64,000 nucleotides of DNA from assembly GCA_965153285.1 (NCBI GenBank), contig OZ229129.1; one strand, given 5' to 3'. Every line of letters starts with the position of its first letter. Positions within the stretch are counted from its first letter, which is position 1. Shown here one piece after another: positions 1 through 11,510 of this stretch. The DNA comes from Podarcis tiliguerta. Its lineage: Eukaryota. The position numbers and the translations under genes are program-made. The notes under the pieces were generated by a model. That model had not been told where the DNA came from. It worked only from the letters and a program-made list of their open reading frames with translations, and did no database searches.

Positions 1-1569
1 ACTTTCGAGACATAATAATTATGACAATGAACATGGCTGAACTAGAATCAAATCCCTTACCATCCTAAAAATTCATTTCCCCCTTGAAGCCCATGCTTGA
101 ATCTCCCTCCCCAGTCTGAAACTGCATTCTCTCACCTTCATGTTTGGTTCTCTTCATTAGAGCCTCTAGCTGAACCTCTAGTAGCAGGGAGTTTCACAGG
201 GCAGGTCCTGCCATACTAAAGATGGTCCCTGGGATAAAGGTCAACTGAAACTGTCATGGTCCAGGAACTAATTCAGCTGGTGTACCAGCCAGAGGTGGTA
301 AAAAGCACTCCTGGTCCACATGCAACTCCATCCCACTCCCTTCATAAGTGGGCGGAATGAGTGTTATGCAGCGCCTGTATCTGAATAATGTAGGTTTCTG
401 TAGCCTCTCCTGTTCCTAACTTCATGGAGAGAACATTTCTGCAACCACGCTGTACCCAGGTGATATAGATAGAGAGCCCATAATGCAAGGAACTCAGCAA
501 CTACTATGGCAATTCCTCTCTCTGTGTGTTCATCCTACAATCAAGTGAAGAGGGCACTAATAGCTTGTCCTTTAATGACTACTAGGCCCAACTAATCAAC
601 ATTCCCTAGTTTCCTTCTTTTAATAGAAAAAGTTGGACCTTTAAAATTTTATAAGGCCATCATTCTTTATAGTGCCATTGCAGTTTTTGCTAATTACCCT
701 GAGCTTGATATTATACTATTTGCATCCTGAATATAAGTCCAAACACAGTTTGAGACCCTACTAATGACTTTTTGCCGATTAACAATTGATAGCTAAGTAA
801 TTTATTAGAGGGTTCATACGGTGTATCTTTCCAGTATGCTATGAAATATGTAAATAGGGTGGAAATGATTAGATAAGTGACAATTTTAGCACTCAATGAT
901 AAATGCCAATGCAAGCCACGCACAGAACACCACCAGAAGCACAAAGCCACCAAATGAAAGTCAACAATTATCATCTTCAGAATCGTGGTTTGGCAGGAAC
1001 CTTTGAGAACAAAGCACCCCATGATTATGAATACTGCGTGCGTACAGGGCAACCAACATATGGGGGAGAGAGAGAAAATTGTGAAGACATGGAGATCTTT
1101 ATCACCATGCCATAACTTGCAATGGGAAAGGTTGTTGATTAAATCCATTTCAATACTTTCTCTCCTTTTGGGGAGAATACATAAAATAATGTTCTGGGTG
1201 CTGCCAATTGCCTTATCCAGACCTACCACCCATAAGACTGGTAATATCTAGACAAGCCTTCACTGAGCTAGTGACCCTCTGAGCTAGAGGTTTTGGACTA
1301 CAACTTCCATCACTCCTGACCATCGGCCACGCTGGTTGGGGCTGGTGGGAGCTGCAATGCAACAGCAACAGCAGTAATCAGTGCATGCACTAGGGCCAGG
1401 GTGGTGTCAGCCAAATGAGGAAATGGGGACTAGTGACACCTGTTATTCCCACAAGGCAAGGGTTACTTGTAGGTTCGTGCTCATTGCTGATCCATGTTTA
1501 CATTAATAAAGCTGTGATCATTATGCTCTAAGCTGTGGTCTGGGTTTTGTTTCCTTTGCAGGGCAATGT

Positions 1570-1693
1570 CTGCACTGACTGGTGGCAGCTCTCCTGTGTT
1601 TCAGACAGGGAGTCCTGCCACCCTACTTGGGACTGAACCTGAAACCTTTTTCATGCACAACCGATGCTCTACCACTGAGTTGTGACCCTTCCT
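1570..1693 (-). mobile_element. tRNA-Ala-derived SINE, degenerate
   Basis: gggactgaacctg...catgcaca...gatgctctaccactgag is the reverse complement of the family head. Confidence 0.65.
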
Positions 1694-2163
1694 CTGAAAC
1701 ATTGCACTGTTTGTTTGCCTATTGATTTTCCCACCACAGACTAAAGTGAACCTGAAAGGGGGGAAAAGAGTGAGGGAAATGTAAAGGTTGGTAAACGTTA
1801 TGGCATGCTCTCTTTTATTAAACTTCCACTAGATTGAATTCATGTTTTGACAGTGAAGTGACATGGGTGAGATCTCTGTGATGTTCTATGGGGCTTGTGG
1901 CTGTAAATATATTCCTTTGGCAGGTTTATTTCTTCATTAAATATTCATGTGAGAAGCTCCCGCCTGCTATTCCCTGCCTGCTTTTGCATGACATTGATGT
2001 AGGTTGGAAATTTTTGCCAGTTAGGGTACATTGTACTGATTTCAAGAATCCTGTTTTTGTTAAAAGTCAAAGCCACTGGTGCCACTGGTGGTTGTGCATG
2101 TGGCAACTAGTGCACATCTCTAAATGAATGATTAAAAATGCTACTGATGCAGAAACTCTCACT

Positions 2164-2446
2164 GAGAACCAGTGTGGTGTAGTGGTTAAGAGCAGTGGAC
2201 TCATAATCTGGTGAACTGGGTTCAATTCCCTGCTCCTCCACACGCAGCTGCTGGGTGACCTTGGGCCAGTCACACTTCTCTGAAGTCTCTCAGCCCCACT
2301 CACCTCACAGAGTGTTTGTTGTGGGGGAGGAAGGGAAAGGAGATTGTTAGCCGCTTGGAGACTCCTTAGGGTAGTGATAAAGCGGGGTATCAAATCCAAA
2401 CTCCTCCTCCTCCTCCTCCTCCTCTTCTTCTTCTTCTTCTTCTTCT
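2164..2446 (+). mobile_element. MIR/Ther1-related tRNA SINE (Squam3-like) with (TCC)n(TTC)n tail
   Basis: A-box tggtgtagtggtt, B-box-like gggttcaattccc, CORE-like gggtgaccttgggccagtcac and cacctcacagagtgtttgttgtg, microsatellite tail at 2401-2446. The family name is from memory. Confidence 0.85.
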
Positions 2447-3374
2447 GGCATTCCTCTATCCACAGGGTTGTGTGAAGATGAAGCAGGAATGCACACAATT
2501 GCCTTGCCTTCTCTATTGCCATCCTTGTCATCCATGGATTGGAGGGCAATTGTCTGCTCTTCTTGCTGAAGCACTCTTTACTTTCCAATGTGTCAAAATG
2601 TATGGGAAGCCTGCACATATTCAGCAGGATCTCCCCTGTTTCCACCTTGAGGGTGGTGGATGAGCATTACATGAAGGATCTCAGATCAGGTTCACCCTAA
2701 CTGGACATTGTCCCATGCTGGCACATTGCAATAATGATTATGTTAATAATTTGACAACCACTGAATGAAGAACATGGATAACAGTAGTTCATTTTTCAAA
2801 TGCATTGGAAGCCTGAATAAATAGAGCAGAATCTCTGTCGTCTCCTGGGATGTAAGAAGGCACTGTTTTCTGTTCTGCATTCATCACATGCAGAGCTCTT
2901 CTATTTCACTGCAGTTTTTATCTTGGGTATAACCTGTATTTGGTTGACCAACAAAATGTTGTTTATATTTTTAAAATGTCATACTTTCCCTCTGTTGTCC
3001 TCTAGGCATAGATGTTACATTTAACCATCAGGACAAATAGTTTGTATGATACCTGCCTATTTTGCCTTGTAATGCAAATTACAATGGTTGGGGATGGGGG
3101 TTGTGGACAATTAATGAGTTAATCCTACCTGCTGCAAGTCTCCTCTGTGATTTCTATTAAAGAAAGATCCATTAAAAATAATAATGCCCACATAATCTCT
3201 AGCTATGCCATGAACTTCAGTCATTGAGTAATGCCTGCAGGTGTGCAAGTGAGCCTGTCCCTGGAAGATGCAAATGTTCTTATTCACACAATGTTCTTAT
3301 TCTTGCCACATGTGCTCTGGCTGGTAATATATTATCCCTATGGTGTCATTTCCCGCAGGGTATTCTCTATAATA

Positions 3375-3731
3375 GGGGGACGCGGGTGGCGCTGTGGGTT
3401 AAACCACAGAGCCTAGGACTTGCCGATCAGAAGGTTGGCGGTTTGAATCCCCACGACAGGGTGAGCTCCCGTCGCTCAGTCCCTGCTCCTGCCAACCTAG
3501 CAATTCGAAAGCACGTCAAAGTGCAAGTATATAAATAGGTACCGCTCCGGCGGGAAGGTAAATGGCGTTTCCGTGCGCTGCTCTGGTTCGCCAGAAGCGG
3601 CTAAGTCATGCTGGCCACATGACCTGGAAGCTGTTCGCCGGCTCCCTCGGCCAATAAAGCGAGATGAGTGCCACAACCCCAGAGTCGGTCACGACTGGAC
3701 CTAATGGTCAGGGGTCCCTTTACTTTTACCT
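3375..3731 (+). mobile_element. Sauria SINE, full length
   Basis: gggacgcgggtggcgctgtgg head, ACCTTT-type tail, 14-bp TSD tattctctataata at 3361-3374 and 3732-3745; homologous to five other copies in the window. Confidence 0.95.
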
Positions 3732-5138
3732 TATTCTCTATAATAAGCACCTGTAAGGTGTTTCAACTGAATATCTTTCATGATGTTGGCATTGTATATG
3801 TTCAATAGGGCAGCATCCACAGGGCTTTACCCCACAGCAGGGAACATGGAGAAAGGTAGGTTCTTGATCACACAAGGGATGGTCAGATAACCTTCCCAGA
3901 ATGGAAGGGGAGATGCCACCATACACACCATACTTACACCCACTTCGCAATATCATGGTGCTTGAAAGAGGAGACCCATCTGCTTTATGTCACATTTGAA
4001 ATGGAAGCCTGTAAACATGCAGATGTCTGTGCATTGTTTCTCCACCTGACTGAGAAATCCGAGTGTTTCCTTCTCTCCCTTCTATACATTCAGCAGCATG
4101 TGCAGTCTGAGTTATTTAATATCCTCTATGGGGGGGAAAAAGCACCCCAACTTCATTGCAAATGCCAGAAGAGCATTGCACAGGGCAAGTCCTGCCCACA
4201 CATTTCTGCTTCCTCTCCTACACATATTCAGGCAACATCAATGTCTCTGAACAGGGCCAAAGTAACACCCCATCAGCTTGTTCAGCTTGGAGCAACTCGG
4301 CTGAGTAAGCCACTGGGAATTGCAGAAAGGTGTAACAAGATCTTCAGCGGAAGACGAATTGATTAAAACTACTACTGCAGTCCATTACCTTCCTATTGAG
4401 TCTTAGTGCAAAGCACTGATTAAATGAGACAGTGTGAATTTAACTCCAGTCACAGATAAGCAGAGGTTTTTTTCCCTCCCCTCCTCCCTTCATAAAATTG
4501 CAAGGTTTTTGTTGTTGTTTTTCACATAGGGACTGATTAAAATAATTGACCAATTAGATCATTTGTTTACTTCTGCAGCTGCATAAGCAAACACCTGACT
4601 GGGAGATGATTGGCACAGATCCAGGTTCAAACCCTTGACAAAGCACAGAATTCCCTGACTGCCCCTTGGGCCAGATGCTACTGCTGAGCATGACCTACCT
4701 CACAAGGTTGCTGTGAAGATAACATGATAGCCCATGCAAACCCTTTGATAGTAACATGCAAAGGGGACATACAGATAAAGAATTAGTGCAGTGTATTGTA
4801 AAGTGACCCTTCATTTTTGTTTTCTCATGTGCCCAAGGCATATTAATCAAGTCTCTTTATTCTCAGAAGTGTGAATTCAGGGCAGTAGTCCCTGCATTAT
4901 ACAGAATACCCTCCCAGTGGCAGTGAGGAAAGTGCCTACATTTAGGTATGGATTTTGGCATGCTGTGAACACTTAAAATAAAATAAAAAAATTATGTTTC
5001 AGCAAACATTTCCAGCATTTTAATTTTATCTGGTCATTTTTTAATACTGTTTATTATATATGCTATTCTGTATCTTGTTTTGCTAGGACTGCTTATAGAT
5101 CTATTATAATAAATAACCATTTTTAATAAAAACAAATA

Positions 5139-5380
5139 CAGTGGTACCTCAGGTTACAGACGCTTCAGGTTACAGATGCTTCAGGTTACAGACTCTGCTA
5201 ACCCAGAAACAGTACCTCGGGTTAAGAAATTTGCCTCAGGATGAGAACAGAAATCAAGCAGCGGCAGTGTGGTGGCAGCGGGGGCCCCCATTAGCTAAAG
5301 TGGTGCTTCAGGTTAAGAACAGTTTCAGGTTAAGAACGGACCTCCAGAACGAATTAAGTTCTTAACCTGAGGTACCACTG
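5139..5380. mobile_element. Tc1/mariner-pogo-type MITE (242 bp)
   Basis: TIR cagtggtacctcaggtta / taacctgaggtaccactg; TA on both sides. Confidence 0.92.
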
Positions 5381-5646
5381 TAAATACTACTTTATCAATC
5401 CTGGTTCACACAGGATATAAGCTGGGGAGGGGAATGGCCTTCTCAAATTCTCCATACTTTTGGGTAGGGGAGCAAAACTGGGAACAGGTAGGATGAAAAA
5501 GAAAAATTATCTGAAAGCTCTGCTCAGCCAAGTCAATACAGAATGAAACAATATTGTCAGTTCAAAGCAGATAGCAACATGCTATGAAGAGAGAAATTCC
5601 ACCTCTCTATACCCATTCCACCTCTCTATACCCATTGCTGGAATTC

Positions 5647-6903
5647 ATAGAATCATAGAATCATAGAGTTGGAAGAGACCGCAAGGGCCATCGAGTCCAA
5701 CCCCCTGCCAAGCAGGAAACACCATCAGAGCACTCCTGACATATGGTTGTCAAGCCTCTGCTTAAAGACCTCCAAAGAAGGAGACTCCACCACACTCCTT
5801 GGCAGCAAATTCCACTGCCGAACAGCTCTTACTGTCAGGAAGTTCTTCCTAATGTTTAGGTGGAATCTTCTTTCTTGTAGTTTGGATCCATTGCTCCGTG
5901 TCCGCTTCTCTGGAGCAGCAGAAAACAACCTTTCTCCCTCCTCTATGTGACATCCTTTTATATATTTGAACATGGCTATCATATCCCCCCTTAACCTCCT
6001 CTTCTCCAGGCTAAACATGCCCAGCTCCCTTAGCCGTTCCTCATAAGGCATCGTTTCCAGGCCTTTGACCATTTTGGTTGCCCTCCTCTGGACACGTTCC
6101 TGTTTGTCAGTGTCCTTCTTGAACTGTGGTGCCCAGAACTGGACACAGTACTCCAGGTGAGGTCTGACCAGAGCAGAATACAGCGGCACTATAACTTCCC
6201 TTGATCTAGATGCTATACTCCTATTGATGCAGCCCAGAATTGCATTGGCTTTTTTAGCTGCCGCGTCACACTGTTGGCTCATGTCAAGCTTGTGGTCAAC
6301 CAAGACTCCTAGATCCCTTTCACATGTACTGCTCTCAAGCCAGGTGTCACCCATCTTGTATTTGTGCCTCTCATTTTTTTTGCCCAAGTGCAATACTTTA
6401 CATTTCTCCCTGTTAAAATTCATCTTGTTTGTTTTGGCCCAGTTCTCTAATCTGTCAAGGTCGTTTTGAAGTGTGATCCTGTCCTCTGGGGTGTTAGCCA
6501 CCCCTCCCAGTTTGGTGTCATCTGCAAATTTGATCAGGATGCCCTTGAGTCCATCATCCAAGTCGTTGATAAAGATGTTGAATAAGACCGGGCCCAAGAC
6601 AGAACCCTGTGGCAGCCCACTAGTCACTCTTCTCCAGGATGAAGAGGAACCATTGATGAGCACCCTTTGGGTCCGGTCAGTCAGCCAGTTACAAATCCAC
6701 TGAGTGGTAGCATAGTCAAGACCGCATTTTACCAGCTTCTTTACAAGAATATCATGGGGCACCTTGTCAAATGCCTTGCTGAAATCAAGGTAGGCTACAT
6801 CCACTGCGTTCCCTTCATCTACCAGGCTTGTAATTCTGTCATAAAACGAGATCAGGTTAGTCTGACATGACTTATTTTTCAGAAATCCATGCTGACTATT
6901 GGT
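5647..6903 (-). mobile_element. CR1 LINE, 5'-truncated (~1.26 kb), young copy
   Basis: Minus-strand ORF carries CR1 ORF2 motifs [79 protein letters not shown]. The (ATTCTATG)n CR1 tail reads catagaatcatagaatcatag at 5647. Confidence 0.97.
5725..6903 (-). CDS. CR1 ORF2 reverse-transcriptase domain and C-terminus (5'-truncated, no endonuclease, not a host gene)
   Basis: About 390 stop-free codons; FADD catalytic motif at 6517-6528. The ORF-track extension to 7023 is unrelated flank. Confidence 0.9.
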   Translation of the reverse strand, partial: TNSQHGFLKNKSCQTNLISFYDRITSLVDEGNAVDVAYLDFSKAFDKVPHDILVKKLVKCGLDYATTQWICNWLTDRTQRVLINGSSSSWRRVTSGLPQGSVLGPVLFNIFINDLDDGLKGILIKFADDTKLGGVANTPEDRITLQNDLDRLENWAKTNKMNFNREKCKVLHLGKKNERHKYKMGDTWLESSTCERDLGVLVDHKLDMSQQCDAAAKKANAILGCINRSIASRSREVIVPLYSALVRPHLEYCVQFWAPQFKKDTDKQERVQRRATKMVKGLETMPYEERLRELGMFSLEKRRLRGDMIAMFKYIKGCHIEEGERLFSAAPEKRTRSNGSKLQERRFHLNIRKNFLTVRAVRQWNLLPRSVVESPSLEVFKQRLDNHMSGVL

Positions 6904-9900
6904 GGGGAGACAACTGTGGTGCTCATTTGCTGTTTGTAGGCTTCCTTGTGCTGTCTTGTTGACTAGTGTGAGAACAGGATGTGGATTTGTGATTGGATAG
7001 ATGGAGGACGGCCCATCTATCAATATTCATATTGATCTTTAATTGCATTTTTGCTGCTTCTGCTGTGTCTTATGTTGTATTTCATTGCATTGCAAATTGA
7101 ACGGCTACAACAGCCAGAAAATAGTTCTGGGGACTACTGCCCTGCTTTATTAAATCTCAGGTGACAAATGAGAACTAGTTTATCCCAACCAGGTTTTTAG
7201 TGAATAATATTTTAAACCCAGTTCTAGTTTTGTTGCTGGTTTTCCTGTAGATTGATTATTTTATTGTATATATCTTTTTAAACCTTTTTCTTAGTCTTTC
7301 ATTTAATAGTATATTTAATAGTTGGCATTTAACTAATTCGAGCTCAGAGCAGATTCACTGACATCAATAAACCATCTGTTGGTTGTGTCCATTGAGTTGA
7401 ATATCATCCAGTATCTTAATTCCTGTTGCTAATCATGCTGGAAGATTTTTTTAGTGGGGAAAATAGTTTTCAGTGACTTACGCTAAGGTCACATAGAATA
7501 GGGAAATTATGTCCCTTCATATGTTGTTAGCCTACAAATCACATCTTCCCTGACCACTGGTCATGCTGGCTGCAGTTTGATTTGTGATGGCATTCAGTAG
7601 CATCTGGAGGGCCATATGTTTCATACCTGTGTGGCAAAGTGTGTGACCCTGAAACACTCACTCGCAGATGTATAACCTCCACCTTAGAGACACTGCGTGC
7701 AGACTTGCCCTCTATCCTCCTGTACAAGTGAATTCACATTTCACTTGCTTTAGAATGACATCAGCACCAAAAAGAGTTTTGTGCTTCATGAAACCCACCT
7801 TCTTCTTCTTAACTGTCTTTTGAGGGTTTTCTCCCCCCATAAACTGGGGAAATGTTCTGTTTCTGAGGACAGAGAAAACAGTCAAAGTACATATGACGTC
7901 CCAGTGGTTTCTTCATTTCAAGAGACTCATTTCTGCGATATCATCATAAATAAACCTGAGTACCTTTATGAGGCAGAAAATTGGAAGGCAGATACTCAAA
8001 AAGGTTAAATACAATACAGTGTGGCCATCCGTTAAATACTTTAGAATATAATGAGCAAAACCCATTCATTTATTACCAATTGGTCTGATGATGCCGGTGA
8101 ATCAGCAAAGGCTGTTTTCAAGCTCATTGGGAATTAGCTATGAAATTAAGAACAAAGCCACTCATGAAAGCACTACAGGAGAGGAATTTCAAGCAGAAGA
8201 TGGTTGGCGTTAATATTTTCTACAGTACCTCTGTAGAAAGGAGTCAAATGGAAGTTGATGTGGCGAGAAGTAGACAAATGATGGAACAGGATCCAGATCT
8301 CGTCCTTTGGTCTTATGATCTACATATCCTCACAGGACAAGAGACCTCTAGATGATGGAGCTGGAGGTTGTAATGATTAATGGAAGAAGCAGATCAGAAT
8401 ATGATAGTGGAGAGGTAAGGGGCACAAGGCTATTGAGAGGTCTTCTGATCCTCCATAAAACAAACATTGTGAATCTTAACTAAAATTGCCTTACAAAATT
8501 CTTACAGGTGTTTCAACTGAATACAGTTGATGAGAACCTCTTTTTTTAGCTGAAAGGCCACATTTCCTTCTGGACAGACTTTCAGGGGCTACCTGTCAGT
8601 GGTTGGTCAGAGGCAAGTGGCTACCTGTCAATGGCTGGTCAAGTGGACAGATAAACTTTTGAAGATTTTACCTTTGTGAAGAGTGATAGCTTCTGTACAT
8701 CCCTCCATTCAGACAAGCAGAAAGAATTACTAGTGTTCAAGAATGAAATCCATCCAGGCAAAAATACTCAAAGAGTGAGGGCTGTTCCCAAGAGAGAGTC
8801 CCAGGTGTATGGCGGGCCACATTTGATTCTCAGGCCAGAGGATCCCCATTCTAGGCTGGCACTTTAGAGCAGCCCCAATCCAACTTTGAGGGCCTTGAAA
8901 AGTCATGTGGTGTGTATAGGGGGGAGACAAGGGGGCATGCATATTTTCCTCTGTATCCATGTGTTTAATCAGAGTTTCAAACCCTAACTGAACTTGTAAT
9001 GGACCTGCTTCCCCCTCTCCTAGCTAGCAGATTGTCAAAGCTGCAGATCTTTCTCTGTGGACCCAATCCAACCTGGGGAGATCTTAGAGTGCCTCAACTT
9101 GATGCAGCCAAATCTTGAGAAATCTTGAATCAGTCCAATATGGTTTGGGATCTAAGATTTTGCACCGCCATAGTTCTTTACTATAAAATTTCCTTATACT
9201 CCAAAGAATTTAAGCAGTGACTGTGACTTCTGCATAGAAATAGATGGATTACATCTGGTGACCTATTCCTTGCAATCTAGTGTCACCAGCTTTTATGGCT
9301 GAATCTGTGGAACTGTAAATTTAGTGTTCGTCTTCCTCCCCTTCCTACCCCTTTTAGTAACTATGCCACTATTACTGCCTTCCATATGTTCTTGAAATGT
9401 GGAGGTGAAGAAAATATCTAATGGACCCCATTACTCACACCCTCTTGCTATATTCAGGATTGTGAAATGCCTAGAGCAGCTCTTTGCTTAAGGTAGTATA
9501 TGATAAACATTCTTAGTCATGTATTTTCAGGACTAATATCCAGAGAGAAAATGGCAAAGATAATAACAGGCCACTGAAAGTCATTGCAAAAGGGTCTGGC
9601 ACAGAGAGTGAAAAAAGGAACTTTCAGACAGACAAAAGGTACAGCATAAGGTCATCATAAAGGATCTAAAGAAAAAGTAGAAGAGGTTTTGTAATATCCT
9701 CTCAAAATGAAAATGACAAAGGTTGTAGGTTACCTTAAAGGGAGGGGGAAAGTCCCAAGCAAATTATGGGATTTACATCCCATATGAGAAAGAGCAACAG
9801 GGGAGGAATGTAAAAGAAACAAAAAGTAAGTAGAAAATCAGAACTTAATAGTCAATCCTTCTGCTCCATGGCAAGTCTTTAAAACACTGAAACAGAGTGC

Positions 9901-10416
9901 TGTGCTAGTGGGTGAATTATGGAGCCCTACTCAGGAGGAGGACCAAGGAGGCAAAGTGTTATTTAGAGCAGTGTCCCTCTGACAAAGGGATAGGAACCTC
10001 CAGATGTTGCTGGACTCCAAATATCCAAAGGGGCACAGATCCCCCATCCCTGTTTTAATGCTCCAGCAGGGGCAGCCATGGAACCCTGCACAACTTCTGG
10101 TTCTTTCTATTCTTTGCAAGTCCCCTCTCCACTCATTTTACATTTTAACTTGCATATTAACCAAACATTGCAAGAAAATGACTGATGTGATTGCACATAA
10201 TTGCATTAAGGTTATCTTTGTGTAGTGTGTTTTTTCTGAGGCATACATAGAATTCTGATGTTTTGTGGTAAAACAGTATAAAAAAGAATTTTGGTGTAGT
10301 GGTGTGTGTTGTCAAGACTGTGGGTGGGTTTCCCTTCAATATTTCTTCCTATATACATAAAAATGTAAGGCTGTTGCCATGCTGCAGTTTGCATGACTGT
10401 CAGTAGGCAGCCACAG

Positions 10417-10760
10417 CAGGGGTGCCAGCTATAGGGAGTGGATGGATATTCAGTCCTCCTAATATTTCTAGGCAGGGGGCTGAGCCCCCCAATATTGAGG
10501 GGGCCACCATCCTCCACCACCCCTGGGCGAGTGCTGGCCTGCTGGGTGACGGTGGGAGGCGTGGAGGGTGATTTTCACCTTCCATGCTCCCCACCATGAT
10601 TGCTAAAGCACCTTCCTGGAAGGTGCTCTGGTGATCCTCAAAGGGACACCTGTGTGTCCTGGCAGGCCTGGCCTAACCAGGGTTGGGGCTATTGCAAGTG
10701 TGACATCATGCACATGTGACATCCTGTCCCCCCAGTGTTGGGCCCAACTTGGCACGCTTG
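10417..10760. mobile_element. hAT-like non-autonomous element, GC-rich
   Basis: caggggtgccag start and ttggcacgcttg end; ccccaatatt blocks are shared with about 29700-29875. Confidence 0.5.
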
Positions 10761-11336
10761 ATCCACACCAACTTCAGCATGGCAGCAGGCAGACAGAAAA
10801 GTGAACAAGCAGCCAGGGTAGCTTTTTAACAGTGTGGACTGGAGCTTCACAGAGTGGTATGGCAAACCGCTCTGTGGAGCACCTGCTCATTCCTGTTAAA
10901 TGTAGCTGCAGCAAGGCTTAATGGAGAGGAGAGGTGATTCAGAAAGCCACTCTCTGAAGTGCTCCTCCTCTTTCTTTAAGAGGTGGGGGAGCTGAGCCGA
11001 GGGGAGGGGAGGGGAGGGGCTTAGGGTGAGCTGTATAAGGTAGAGAGAAAAGGTCAGAATCTGAATTGAGTGGTCAGCTGTGTATGCACATCACCCTGTA
11101 GAAAATTTAGAAACAAAAAAACGGAGGCATGTACGATCTGCAATGCATCAGTTATACTAAGGAATATAACCAGGAGCTGCTAAAATTGGGGAGGGGAATC
11201 ACAGAAGCACTCCCCTTCCTCTCAATAAAAACACAACACATTATTAGTGAATAAAGATTTTCAGTGAGCAAAATGTTTGTAACAGTCTTAAATAGAGAAA
11301 CCTCCCTCTGCCTCCCTGGTGAGCTATACTCCTTTA

Positions 11337-11510
11337 GGGAAGCCCTATAGCTCCATGGTATAACATCCATTTTGTATGCCCAAGGTCCCAGGTACTTTTC
11401 CAGGTAGGACTAGGAAGGACTTCGCTGCTTGAAACCATGGTTAATGTAAGCAGTTCTGAGCTAGATGGATCACTATTCTGACTTGGTAAAGGCAGCTTCC
11501 TGCATTCCTT
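11337..11510 (+). mobile_element. tRNA-Ala-derived SINE, degenerate
   Basis: aaggtcccagg and ctgagctagatggatc...aaggcagcttcct blocks are shared with the 34248 and 17486 copies. Confidence 0.6.

Noticed and set aside
835-1115. Acceptor-like site at 834, a DKCQCKPR cystine-knot-like word, and the 70-aa ORF at 903-1115
   Set aside because: In-frame stops lie immediately upstream in both frames, there is no recognisable family, and no partner exons are visible.
2067-2645. 192-aa and 75-aa ORFs with poly-K/R and poly-E tracts
   Set aside because: Antisense translation of a SINE and its (TCC)(TTC) tail.
6904-7023. N-terminal extension of the 432-aa ORF
   Set aside because: Chance read-through into flanking older repeat; no CR1 ORF2 similarity.
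7781-8420. Purine-rich short ORFs ending near a gag/gtaag donor-like site
   Set aside because: Stops in all frames and no recognisable protein.
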